Below, one piece after another: positions 1-9,602 of a stretch of DNA of 45,828 nt; the first letter of the stretch is position 1; each line of letters begins with the position of its first letter. The stretch covers positions 1 to 45,828 of the forward strand of contig CAZIZE010000087.1 in assembly GCA_964543655.1 (NCBI GenBank). The letters run 5' to 3'. The notes below the pieces were generated by a model. The model was not told where the DNA came from. It ran no database searches and worked only from the letters and a program-made list of their open reading frames with translations. This DNA is from an uncultured bacterium. Its GTDB lineage: Bacteria; DYJV01. Both the position numbers and the translations under genes were made by a program.

Positions 1-117
1 TATTTGATAATTATTATTAACTTTTTGAAAAAATAAAGTCAAGGTAATATTAAAAAATTATAGCAATATTTTTTATTATATGTTACAAATAGAAAACTTT
101 CAAGAAAGGATAAAAAC

Positions 118-594
118 ATGAAAAAATTTTTATTATTAATTGCTTTGTTTATGTTTACCTGCAATTTATATGCAGGGAATAACACAGGAATTGCTACTGC
201 ACAAAAATTATTTAAGACAATGAATTTATCTGCAACTTATCAGGAAACTATTCAAAAAGGCGTTGATTTTCAAATTAGAACTAACCCACAGTTAGCACCA
301 TTTAAAAATGTAATGCTAAAATTTTTTCAAAAATATATGGGTTGGAATAGCATTAAAGATGAACTTGCCAAAATTTATTCACAACACTTTACTGTAAAAG
401 AAATGAATAAACTTATCCAATTTTACCAAACTCCTGTTGGTCAAAAATCTATTAAATTAATGCCATACCTTTATGAACAGGGTAGCATTATTGGTCAGAA
501 AAAGGTTCAGGAACATATTATGGAATTACAAAAAATGATTGCTGAAGAAGCCAAAAAATTACAAGACAAAAATAAAAAGAATCCCAAAAAGTAA
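118..594 (+). CDS. DUF2059-domain secreted/periplasmic protein
   Basis: N-terminal signal peptide (MKKFLLLIALFMF..LYA); IYSQHFTVKEMNKLIQFYQTPVGQK matches the DUF2059 signature; AAGGA SD upstream. Confidence 0.8.
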   Translation: MKKFLLLIALFMFTCNLYAGNNTGIATAQKLFKTMNLSATYQETIQKGVDFQIRTNPQLAPFKNVMLKFFQKYMGWNSIKDELAKIYSQHFTVKEMNKLIQFYQTPVGQKSIKLMPYLYEQGSIIGQKKVQEHIMELQKMIAEEAKKLQDKNKKNPKK

Positions 595-597
595 TGA

Positions 598-1710
598 ATG
601 ATAGGAATAGACAGAAGATTAATTAATAATTTCAACTGGTTGCTATTTGTGGTGGCATTGCTTTTAACTTCTATTGGCATTGCCACTATTTATAGTGCCA
701 ATTACAATCCAGAAGGTGTATCATACTTATCTTTTATTCATGTTAAAAAGCAGTTGATTTGGCTTATTGTGTCTTTTTTTTCAATGATAATATTTATAAG
801 CTTTGATTATAAAAAATTAGAAGCTTACGTTTTCCCTCTCTACATCTTTAATGTAATTCTTTTAATAGCTGTTTTAATAATTGGCAAAACTTCAATGGGA
901 GCTCAGAGATGGCTCTCTCTTGGTGGGTTTAATTTCCAGCCTTCAGAGCTTTTTAAATTTACCACCATTTTAATTGTTGCAAAATTTTTCTCAAATGAAA
1001 GTAAAATAAAAGAATACTCTTTAATTGAGGTATTAAAATTAATTTTAATGATACTCTTTCCTGTTGCTCTTATTGTAAAACAGCCTGACCTTGGTACAGG
1101 TTTATTAATTTTATTTGTGTTTTCATCAATGCTTCTATTTGTAGGGATTAAACGTTCTTCATTAATAAAAATAATAGCCGCTGGTTTGATTTTTGCCCCA
1201 TTAAGCTGGAATTTTTTAAAAACATACCAGAAAAAAAGAATTTTAACTTTTCTTTTTCCAGAAAAAGACCCTCTTGGTGCAGGGTATCATATAATTCAAT
1301 CTAAAATAGCAGTTGGTTCAGGAAAGCTTTTTGGTAAAGGTTATCTACATGGTACACAAAATAAGCTCCATTTTTTGCCAGAGGAGCATACTGACTTTAT
1401 TTTTTCTGTTTTTGCTGAAGAATGGGGTTTTATAGGCACTCTTATTTTAATTTCAATTTATATTGTTTTTTTCATCACCATGATTAATATTTCCCAAAAG
1501 GCTCGTGATAACTTTGGAGCTTTAATTGTAATAGGAGTTTTGTTTATTTTCTTCTGGCAATTTTTTATAAATATAGGAATGGTTATTGGGATTCTACCTG
1601 TTGTTGGCATCCCGCTACCATTAATTAGCTATGGAGGCACATCTCTTGTTGTTTCTTACTCATTAATTGGACTTGTTTTAAATGTTGGTATGAGGAGATA
1701 TATTTTTTAA
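598..1710 (+). CDS. rodA: Rod shape-determining SEDS peptidoglycan glycosyltransferase RodA
   Basis: SEDS motifs GAQRW, FQPSELFK, QPDLGT, GYHIIQSKIAVGSG, LPEEHTDFIF, PLISYGGTS; multi-TM. Confidence 0.95.
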   Translation: MIGIDRRLINNFNWLLFVVALLLTSIGIATIYSANYNPEGVSYLSFIHVKKQLIWLIVSFFSMIIFISFDYKKLEAYVFPLYIFNVILLIAVLIIGKTSMGAQRWLSLGGFNFQPSELFKFTTILIVAKFFSNESKIKEYSLIEVLKLILMILFPVALIVKQPDLGTGLLILFVFSSMLLFVGIKRSSLIKIIAAGLIFAPLSWNFLKTYQKKRILTFLFPEKDPLGAGYHIIQSKIAVGSGKLFGKGYLHGTQNKLHFLPEEHTDFIFSVFAEEWGFIGTLILISIYIVFFITMINISQKARDNFGALIVIGVLFIFFWQFFINIGMVIGILPVVGIPLPLISYGGTSLVVSYSLIGLVLNVGMRRYIF

Positions 1711-4355
1711 TGTATATTACCTGCGACCTACATATCCATTCAAAATTTTCACGTGCCACATCAAAAGATATGAATCTCTTAAAAATAGCTGAAATTGCTC
1801 AGATTAAAGGAATTGATGTTATTGCAACAGGAGACTTTGTTCATCCAGGATGGCTTGATGAGATAAAAGATAATCTCATTGAAGCAGAGCCTGGTCTATT
1901 TAAATTAAAGGATTCTAATTTAAAAACAAGGTTTATACTCAGTACAGAAATTAGTTCAATATATAAAAAAGGAGATAAAACAAGAAAGGTACACAATCTT
2001 GTTTTAATGCCTTCAATTGAAGCTGCTGAAAATTTTTCAAAAAAACTTGGAAAGATTGGGAACATTACATCAGATGGCAGGCCTATTCTTGGTCTTGATT
2101 CAAAAAATTTACTTGAAATTGTTTTATCAATATCTGAAAATTCAATTTTTATACCGGCACATATATGGACACCATGGTTTTCATTGTTTGGTCAGAAAAG
2201 TGGCTTTGATTCAATAGAAGAATGCTTTGAGGAACTCACCAATTACATTTATGCACTTGAAACAGGGCTTTCATCTGACCCGCCTATGAACTGGCGATGG
2301 TCTGCACTTGACAGATTTACTTTAGTATCAAATTCTGACGCCCATTCTCCAATGAAAATTGCAAGAGAAGCGAATCTTGTTAAAGCTGAGAAAGATTATT
2401 TCTCCATAAGGGAGAGCTTAAAAAAGAAAGCCAATGTTCACACATTAGAATTTTACCCGGAAGAAGGTAAATATCATTTTGATGGTCATAGAAAATGTAA
2501 TATTTGTATTTCTCCAGATGAAGCTAAAAAAAATGGAAATATCTGTCCTGTATGTGGTAAACCTCTTACAATGGGAGTTTATCATAGAATAGTTGAGCTT
2601 GCAGACAGAGAAGGTGCTATAGAAAAGCAGCAAGAATTTATTAGTATTGTGCCGTTGCAGGAAATTGTCTCAGAAATTATAGGAATTGGCGTTAATTCAA
2701 AAAAGGTATTGAATATATATAATCAGTTAATTAATATTTTTGGAAATGAGTTAAAACTATTAATTGAAACAGATATTGACCATATTCAAAAAGAAGCAGG
2801 AGAATTACTTGCAAGAGCAATTGACAACATGCGAAGCAACAGAGTTACTGTTATTCCTGGATATGATGGCGAATATGGTAAAATCATTCTTTTAACAGAT
2901 GAAGAAAAAGAATATTTTTCAATGAAAAGAGGAATTTTTAAAGATCTTGAAATAAAATTAAAAAAAGAGCAAAAAAAGAGTATTAACTATAAATTGAAAA
3001 AGGATACTTCCATACAAAATAGAGCAAAGGTTAACAGCAGTGTAGATGAATTTCAACAAAAAGCTATTAATTGTAGTAATACAATTATAACCGTACAGGC
3101 TGGCCCTGGCACAGGGAAAACATACACCCTTGTTCAAAAGGTAAAGCATCTTATTAATAATTCAGTTCATCCCAATAAAATAGCAGTTATTACTTTTACA
3201 AACAAAGCATGTGAGGAATTGGAACAAAGAATTAATATTAATGGAATAAAAATTGCAACCTTTCATAAACTTGCCATTGAGCTACTTGTTAAATCTGGCA
3301 AAAAATTTGATATTTTTACTCCTGAGCAGCAGATAGAATTTTTAAAAAACAGAGATATTGCCAATAAAATTTCAATTTATAAGAAAAGTGGTGTGATAGA
3401 TAAAGAGCTTAGAGGTATTTATGAAAAATATCAGACTTATTTAATTGAAAATAATTTATATGATTTTGATGATTTAATAATTAATTCTTTAAATTGCACT
3501 GATTATTTTGATTACAATTACCTGCTCATTGATGAATTCCAGGATATTGATAATGTGCAGTTTCAGTTAATAAAGAAAGTGTTTCCAAAATTAAGAATGT
3601 TATTTGTTATTGGAGACAAAAATCAATCCATCTATGGTTTTAGAGGATGTAGTAATAAATATTTTGATGAGATAAAAAAATTAGACAATAACTTTGTTGA
3701 AATTACACTTGTTCACTCTTATAGAGCGTGCCAGAACCTTTTAGATTGTGCACACACTATTTTAAACAAAGAAAATTTATTAAAATCAGTTCGCTCATGT
3801 AGAGGGGAAATTGAGTTTTTAAAATTTTCCAATGATGATAAAGAAGCAGAATTTATTGCTCATAAAATAAAAGAGTTAGTTGGTGGACTTGATTTTCACA
3901 GCTCAGGTCATAATGATAACACTTTAAGTTTTAAAGATATTGCAATTTTATTTAGATTAAATTTTATATCAAGAAAAGTGGAAAAAATATTGAGCAGAGA
4001 AGGGATACCATTTCAAAAATCAAATGATAAACTCCTTCAAGAGCTTGATGATATAGATTTAAAAGCAGAAAAGGTGAAACTTTTTACATTTCATGCATCA
4101 AAAGGGCTTGATTTTAAAGTTGTCTTTATTATAGGTTGTGAAGAGCAAATTATTCCATTTGGCGAGGATATTGATGAAGAGAGAAGATTACTATACGTTG
4201 CAGCAACAAGGGCAAAAGATAAAGTTTTCTTTACTACATGCAATAATAGATTTCTATATGGAGAATTTTTAAAAGGGAAAATTAGCAGATTTTTAACTGA
4301 TTTTAAATTTAAAAATTTTTTTAATAAAAAAAATAAAAGAGGGATATTCTTTTAA
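1710..4355 (+). CDS. Endonuclease Q-family PHP domain (with Zn finger) fused to a compact UvrD/PcrA-like SF1 helicase
   Basis: DLHIHSKFS, PAHIWTPW, SNSDAHS, GKYHFDGHRKC..CPVCG, PGYDGEYG (EndoQ-like); helicase motifs AGPGTGKT, TFTNKA, DEFQD, GDKNQSIYGFRG, HASKGLDF, ERRLLYVAATRAK. Confidence 0.9.
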   Translation: MYITCDLHIHSKFSRATSKDMNLLKIAEIAQIKGIDVIATGDFVHPGWLDEIKDNLIEAEPGLFKLKDSNLKTRFILSTEISSIYKKGDKTRKVHNLVLMPSIEAAENFSKKLGKIGNITSDGRPILGLDSKNLLEIVLSISENSIFIPAHIWTPWFSLFGQKSGFDSIEECFEELTNYIYALETGLSSDPPMNWRWSALDRFTLVSNSDAHSPMKIAREANLVKAEKDYFSIRESLKKKANVHTLEFYPEEGKYHFDGHRKCNICISPDEAKKNGNICPVCGKPLTMGVYHRIVELADREGAIEKQQEFISIVPLQEIVSEIIGIGVNSKKVLNIYNQLINIFGNELKLLIETDIDHIQKEAGELLARAIDNMRSNRVTVIPGYDGEYGKIILLTDEEKEYFSMKRGIFKDLEIKLKKEQKKSINYKLKKDTSIQNRAKVNSSVDEFQQKAINCSNTIITVQAGPGTGKTYTLVQKVKHLINNSVHPNKIAVITFTNKACEELEQRININGIKIATFHKLAIELLVKSGKKFDIFTPEQQIEFLKNRDIANKISIYKKSGVIDKELRGIYEKYQTYLIENNLYDFDDLIINSLNCTDYFDYNYLLIDEFQDIDNVQFQLIKKVFPKLRMLFVIGDKNQSIYGFRGCSNKYFDEIKKLDNNFVEITLVHSYRACQNLLDCAHTILNKENLLKSVRSCRGEIEFLKFSNDDKEAEFIAHKIKELVGGLDFHSSGHNDNTLSFKDIAILFRLNFISRKVEKILSREGIPFQKSNDKLLQELDDIDLKAEKVKLFTFHASKGLDFKVVFIIGCEEQIIPFGEDIDEERRLLYVAATRAKDKVFFTTCNNRFLYGEFLKGKISRFLTDFKFKNFFNKKNKRGIFF

Positions 4356-4377
4356 AAATTATTTGGAGGGAAATAAA

Positions 4378-5604
4378 ATGGAGCCTTTTAAAGCTGGTAA
4401 AAAAATGAAAGAATTAATGAGCAACTATTTTCACGATGTTTATGAAGCAAGTAAAAGCGATTCTGAGAAAGTTGCATGGGTTACAAGTGTTGGACCTGCT
4501 GAACTGCTTCACAGTTTTGGATTTAAGGTGTATTATCCAGAGAATCATGGTGCAATGCTTGGTGCAAGTAAAAAAGCTGCTGAATACATACCTTATGCAA
4601 ATTCAATTGGTTATTCACCAAACATCTGCTCATATTTAACAAGTGATGTAGGGGCTTTTTTAAAAAAAGAAACTCCTCTTCAAAAATCGTATGGAATTCC
4701 AGAAGTGCCAAAACCAGATGTGTTGGTTTATAACACTAATCAATGTAGAGATGTTCAGGATTGGTTTTTATTTTATGGCAAACATTTTAATGTTCCTGTT
4801 ATTGGCATTACCTCACCTAAAAATGTAAATGAAGTTGATGAGGTTTTAATTAATGATGTAGCTAATCAAAAAAGAGCCTTGATTCCAACTCTGGAACAGG
4901 TTTCCGGGAAAAAATTTGACCCTGACAGATTTAAAGAAGTTGTAAAATTATCTTATGAAACTACCCTTCTATGGAAAGAATGCCTTTTCTTTGGTACAAA
5001 GGTTCCATCACCTTTAACATTTTTTGACTACAATATTTTCATGGCACCTGCTGTTGTTTTAAGAGGTTTACCTGAAGCAGTAGATTTTTATAAAGAGCTA
5101 AATGCTGAAATAAGAGAGAGGAGTTCAAAAGGTATAACAACTGTTCCAGATGAAAAAGTTCGACTTTACTGGGATGGAATGCCTGTATGGGGAAGATTAA
5201 GAATGCTATCTGAGCTTTTTAAAGAATTAGGCGCATCAATAGTTGTATCAACCTACTGTAATTCATGGATTTTTGAAGCATTTGGAGATGACCTCGACAA
5301 GCCTTTTGAAAGCACTGCCAAAGCTTATCTTGAACTATTCATTGTTAGATCTGAACCTGTTAAAGAAAAAATAATAACCAACTGGATGAATGAATTTAAA
5401 GTTGATGGAATTATTTTTCATGATGCCATGACCTGCCCATACAACACAAACAGCAGATATGGAATGCCTCAGAGGATACAAAAGACTACAGGGAAACCTT
5501 ATCTTGTAATTAATGGTGATTTAAATGATATGAGGCTTTTCTCAGATGAGCAGACAAAAACAAATGTAGAGGCTTTTGTTGAGCAGATATTAGATAATAA
5601 ATAA
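4378..5604 (+). CDS. 2-hydroxyacyl-CoA dehydratase / benzoyl-CoA reductase family subunit (HgdA/BcrB-like)
   Basis: YPENHGA, ICSY, NQC, DGIIFH..TC and C-terminal QTKTNVEAFVE typical of the HGD-D family; start moved from TTG 4363 to ATG 4378 because GGAGG lies at 4365-4369. Confidence 0.85.
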   Translation: MEPFKAGKKMKELMSNYFHDVYEASKSDSEKVAWVTSVGPAELLHSFGFKVYYPENHGAMLGASKKAAEYIPYANSIGYSPNICSYLTSDVGAFLKKETPLQKSYGIPEVPKPDVLVYNTNQCRDVQDWFLFYGKHFNVPVIGITSPKNVNEVDEVLINDVANQKRALIPTLEQVSGKKFDPDRFKEVVKLSYETTLLWKECLFFGTKVPSPLTFFDYNIFMAPAVVLRGLPEAVDFYKELNAEIRERSSKGITTVPDEKVRLYWDGMPVWGRLRMLSELFKELGASIVVSTYCNSWIFEAFGDDLDKPFESTAKAYLELFIVRSEPVKEKIITNWMNEFKVDGIIFHDAMTCPYNTNSRYGMPQRIQKTTGKPYLVINGDLNDMRLFSDEQTKTNVEAFVEQILDNK

Positions 5605-5605
5605 C

Positions 5606-6538
5606 ATGGAATATAAACATATTTTTGGCCCTGTTCCATCAAGAAGATTAAATCTATCACTTGGAATTGATTTAGTGCCGTATAAAACCTGCAACCTAAA
5701 TTGCGTTTACTGTGAATGCGGTATTACAACTATGCATACAAATTGCAGGGCAAATTATGTTGATTACAAGGAAGTAATTAAAGAGCTTCAACATTATTTA
5801 AGTAAAAATATAACTCTTGATTACATTACTTTTTCTGGTGCTGGAGAGCCTCTTTTAAATTCTAATATCGGGAAAATTGTTGATTTTTTAAAAACCAATT
5901 TTCCACAATATAAACTGGCTCTCCTGACCAATGGAATTCTTCTATCTCAATTAGATATTTTAAAAGAAATTAGCAAAATTGACCTTATTATCCCATCTCT
6001 TGATGCAGGCAGGGAAGATACTTTTAAAAAGATTAACAATCCAGTAAAGGGAATAGATTTTTACAAATATATTGATGGATTAATAAATTTAAAAAAATTT
6101 TATAAAAATCAGGTGTGGATTGAAGTTTTTTTAGTTAAAAATATTAATGACAGCAGCAGTGAATTAGAAAAATTAAATGAGATAATAAAAAAAATTTCTC
6201 CTAATAAAATTCAATTAAATACCATTGATAGACCACCAGCTTTTAGCAATATAAAGGGACTTAACCAGAAAGAGATGGAAAAGGCAAAAAGTTTTTTTCC
6301 TAATAATTGTGAAATAATAAAAAGCTTTACATCTAAAAAAGTTATTTCCCAGAGTAACATTGACCTGATTATCAATTGTTTACAGAGGCGTCCTCTTACA
6401 CTTGAAGACCTTATGGTATTAACTGGGTTAAAGGTTAATCAGATTAACAAAATTTTAAGACAGCTTGAAGCTGAAAAGAAAATTACAACTACTAAAAGTA
6501 AAAGAAGTGTCTTCTACTCTGTTAAAAACCTGAAATAG
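5606..6538 (+). CDS. Radical SAM protein (Tyw1-related COG0731-like) with probable C-terminal HTH
   Basis: FGPVPSRRL..SLGID, CNLNCVYC (CxxxCxxC), TFSGAGEP; C-terminal RRPLTLEDL..LTG helix-turn-helix-like tail. Confidence 0.8.
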   Translation: MEYKHIFGPVPSRRLNLSLGIDLVPYKTCNLNCVYCECGITTMHTNCRANYVDYKEVIKELQHYLSKNITLDYITFSGAGEPLLNSNIGKIVDFLKTNFPQYKLALLTNGILLSQLDILKEISKIDLIIPSLDAGREDTFKKINNPVKGIDFYKYIDGLINLKKFYKNQVWIEVFLVKNINDSSSELEKLNEIIKKISPNKIQLNTIDRPPAFSNIKGLNQKEMEKAKSFFPNNCEIIKSFTSKKVISQSNIDLIINCLQRRPLTLEDLMVLTGLKVNQINKILRQLEAEKKITTTKSKRSVFYSVKNLK

Positions 6539-7371
6539 AGGTTTTTTAATTTTGAAATAATATTTGGCCTGTGCTGAAGTTTAAAATCCTCTATAGATAA
6601 TATTGGATAAATTCCAGATAGAGAATTGGTAAAAAAAGCACCATCTATTTTTTTTAAATCATTAAACTTGAAATTTCTGTACCTAACTGTAAATTTCTCC
6701 TCTGAGTATTTTTTAATTGCTCTAATTAGAATCTCCCTTGTTACACCTTTGAGAAAAAGGTCATCCTCATTTGAAGTGTAGAGCACTTTTCCTTTGTAAA
6801 AAAATAAATTTGCAGTAATACCTTCAATTAGATTGTTATATTTGTCAAGAAAAATCACATCATCATAACTTTTTCTATTTAAAAAACCTATAATTGAAGG
6901 AAGATAGTTAATTGTCTTATAATTGTAAAGAATATTTTTCTCCTTTTTAAAAGAGAAAAGAATAGTAGCATGAACCCCTTTTTCTGCTTTATCCACCACA
7001 TATTGAGGTAGTAACTTTACCTCAATTACCACATTGGGCTGATGCTCTTTTTTTATTGATGGGCCATGAGGATCTTTACCTCTTGTAATGGTAATTCTAC
7101 AATAGCAATCTCTTCCTTCAAGGCCATTCTCTTTTTGAAGCTCTTTTATCTTTTCCAATATATAATCTTTACTGTAATCCACTTTTATATTTAAAAATTT
7201 AGCAGTTTTAACCAATCTTTTATAATGAAAATCAAAATCGTAAAAATTATCCTTATAACTTCTCAAAGTTTCAAAAAAACCATCACCATATAAAAAACCT
7301 CTATCATTTACAGGAATAAAAGTCTTTGATAAAAGGGTTATTTTCCCATTAAAAAAAATAAAACTATCCAT
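6514..7371 (-). CDS. pabC: Class IV PLP enzyme, probable aminodeoxychorismate lyase
   Basis: DRGFLYGDGFFET, YKTINY (PLP lysine), EGITANLF, LKGVTR; overlaps the 3' end of pabB. Confidence 0.75.
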   Translation of the reverse strand: MDSFIFFNGKITLLSKTFIPVNDRGFLYGDGFFETLRSYKDNFYDFDFHYKRLVKTAKFLNIKVDYSKDYILEKIKELQKENGLEGRDCYCRITITRGKDPHGPSIKKEHQPNVVIEVKLLPQYVVDKAEKGVHATILFSFKKEKNILYNYKTINYLPSIIGFLNRKSYDDVIFLDKYNNLIEGITANLFFYKGKVLYTSNEDDLFLKGVTREILIRAIKKYSEEKFTVRYRNFKFNDLKKIDGAFFTNSLSGIYPILSIEDFKLQHRPNIISKLKNLYFRFLTE

Positions 7372-8737
7372 TACTTAACTCCTTAAGAGTTTTGGTAAAG
7401 CTCTCAGCTTTTACTATTGTCTCAATGTACTCTTCTTCCGGGTTTGAATCAGCAACAATTCCACCACCTACCTGAAAAAAAACCTTCTCATCCTTTACAA
7501 TAGCTGTCCTTATAGCAATATTCAAATCAATGTCTCCATCAAGTCCAATATATCCAATGGAACCTGTGTAAACAGAGCGATAAGTTGGCTCAAGCTCATC
7601 AATTATTTCCATTGAGCGAATTTTTGGTGCACCAGTAATTGAACCTCCAGGGTAAGAATTTTTTATACAATCAATTATATGAAATTTTGAACCTATTTCA
7701 GCTGCAACAGTTGATACCATATGATGAACATTTGCATAAGTTTCAACTATCTCAAACTCTGTAACCTTTACACTGTTAAATTTTGCTATTCTCCCAAGGT
7801 CATTACGCTCAAGGTCAACTATCATCAAATGCTCAGCTTTATCTTTTTCACTTGAAAGTAGCTCCTTTTTTAAAATATTATCTTCCTCTAAATCTCTACC
7901 TCTCTTTCTTGTTCCTTTAATTGGTCTTGTCTCAATGTATCTATTTTTAATCAACAAATATCTCTCAGGTGAATTTGACAAAATCTGAAAATCACCATAA
8001 TCTAAAAAAGCACCAAAAGGTGCAGGACTAAGTTTCCTAAAAATTTTATAAAATGAGTATGTATCACCAGAAAAATCTGTGTGAAACCTCTGAGATAAAT
8101 TTACCTGATAAATATCACCTGAAAAAATATACTCTTTGGCAATTTTTATAATATTTTCATAATCCTTTTTCTTAAAATTGGATTGAAGAGTTTTTCCAAT
8201 CTGAAATTTTGGGGTAATAGCCTCATATTTTTTTAGAGCATCTTCAAAAAATTTTGCTTTTTTTTCACTATTCTCACCAAAATTGTACCCTGCTACAAAA
8301 AATTTTTTTTCTACAAAATCGTAAATATAGATAACATCATAAAGTGCAAAATATATTTCAGGAAGATTATAATCATCCACTCTTGAGTCAGGAAGTTTTT
8401 CAATATATTTACCAAGCTCGTAACTTAAATATCCAACAAATCCTCCCTGAAAAGGAAATTTTTTACCTTTTCTTTTCACTCTAAACCTATCAATTATCCT
8501 TTTAAAAAATTTAAAAGGAGCTTCATTAATATATCTTTCTATACCATTTTCCATAAAAACTATTCTGTTGTTTTTAAACTTGAAGGTAATCAATGGCTCA
8601 AACCCAAAGTATGAGTACCTTCCAAGGTGTTTAAAATAAGCACCGCTATCAAGATAAAATGGTAAATTTTTCCCTCTTAAAATCTCAATAATATCTTCAA
8701 CAGGTATATTTTCAACTTCTTTGCAAAAATAACTCAT
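7364..8737 (-). CDS. pabB: Aminodeoxychorismate synthase component I
   Basis: GDIYQVNLSQRF, TRPIKGT, KDKAEHLMIVDLERNDLG, PGGSITGAPK, GGGIVADS. Confidence 0.9.
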   Translation of the reverse strand: MSYFCKEVENIPVEDIIEILRGKNLPFYLDSGAYFKHLGRYSYFGFEPLITFKFKNNRIVFMENGIERYINEAPFKFFKRIIDRFRVKRKGKKFPFQGGFVGYLSYELGKYIEKLPDSRVDDYNLPEIYFALYDVIYIYDFVEKKFFVAGYNFGENSEKKAKFFEDALKKYEAITPKFQIGKTLQSNFKKKDYENIIKIAKEYIFSGDIYQVNLSQRFHTDFSGDTYSFYKIFRKLSPAPFGAFLDYGDFQILSNSPERYLLIKNRYIETRPIKGTRKRGRDLEEDNILKKELLSSEKDKAEHLMIVDLERNDLGRIAKFNSVKVTEFEIVETYANVHHMVSTVAAEIGSKFHIIDCIKNSYPGGSITGAPKIRSMEIIDELEPTYRSVYTGSIGYIGLDGDIDLNIAIRTAIVKDEKVFFQVGGGIVADSNPEEEYIETIVKAESFTKTLKELSNG

Positions 8738-9600
8738 TAATCATTACTCCTTGGATGTTTCTTAAAATATTCCTCTTTAATTTTTTTAAGAGAAACATGT
8801 GTATATATCTGCGTTGTAGAAATATCACTATGTCCTAAAAGCTTCTGCACACTTCTTAAATTTGCACCTCCCTCAATGAGATGCGTTGCAAAAGAGTGCC
8901 TTAAAAGATGCGGATAAACATTTTTGTCAAGCCCCGAAATAGTAGCATATTTTTTAACAATTTTCCATAAAAATTGTCTTGTTAATTGGCCACCATTCCT
9001 TGTTAAAAAAAGTATATTTGAATTTTTTTTATTAAAAATAGCTCTTACATTTTTTATATATCTCTCTATAAAATCAATAGCCTCATAATGAAGCGGTATA
9101 ATCCTCTCTTTTGAGCGTTTACCTAAAACTTTTATTGTGCCGCTGTTTCTATCAAAATCAGTTACTTTAAGGTTAAGAAGCTCTGAAACCCTTATACCAG
9201 TAGCATAGAGGAGTTCCAATATTGCTCTGTTTCGTAGTCCCGTAAGACTGCTAATATCTATTGCTTCTAACAATTGAACAATATCTGAGAAATTTAAAAA
9301 ATTAGGTAACAATGTTTTTTTCTTTGGAATTTGAACTGCTTCAAACTCATCATTATTTAAAAATTTAAAAAACATTTTCAGAGAAGATAATTTTCTGAGC
9401 ATTGAGGATATTTCATAATTATTATCATGGAGAAAAATCAAGTATTCATCAACATCAAATTTGGATAGATTCTCAATATCACCATTAATTACCTCTAAAA
9501 ATTGCTTTATATCCCTGCAATAATCCTCTGCTGTTTTATAAGAAAGTCCTTTATCAATAGTTAAAAAAAATTTGAATTTTTCAATAACTTTGTTATTCAT
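8737..9600 (-). CDS. xerD: Site-specific tyrosine recombinase XerD
   Basis: ELLYATGIRVSEL, GKRSKER, PHLLRHSFATHL, LLGHSDISTTQIYTHV; 287 aa; housekeeping context. Confidence 0.85.
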   Translation of the reverse strand: MNNKVIEKFKFFLTIDKGLSYKTAEDYCRDIKQFLEVINGDIENLSKFDVDEYLIFLHDNNYEISSMLRKLSSLKMFFKFLNNDEFEAVQIPKKKTLLPNFLNFSDIVQLLEAIDISSLTGLRNRAILELLYATGIRVSELLNLKVTDFDRNSGTIKVLGKRSKERIIPLHYEAIDFIERYIKNVRAIFNKKNSNILFLTRNGGQLTRQFLWKIVKKYATISGLDKNVYPHLLRHSFATHLIEGGANLRSVQKLLGHSDISTTQIYTHVSLKKIKEEYFKKHPRSND

Positions 9601-9602
9601 TT

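Noticed and set aside
8737-9600. Tyrosine recombinase as an integrase of a mobile element
   Set aside because: XerD-like size and motifs, tightly packed between recG and pabB, no att sites or cargo
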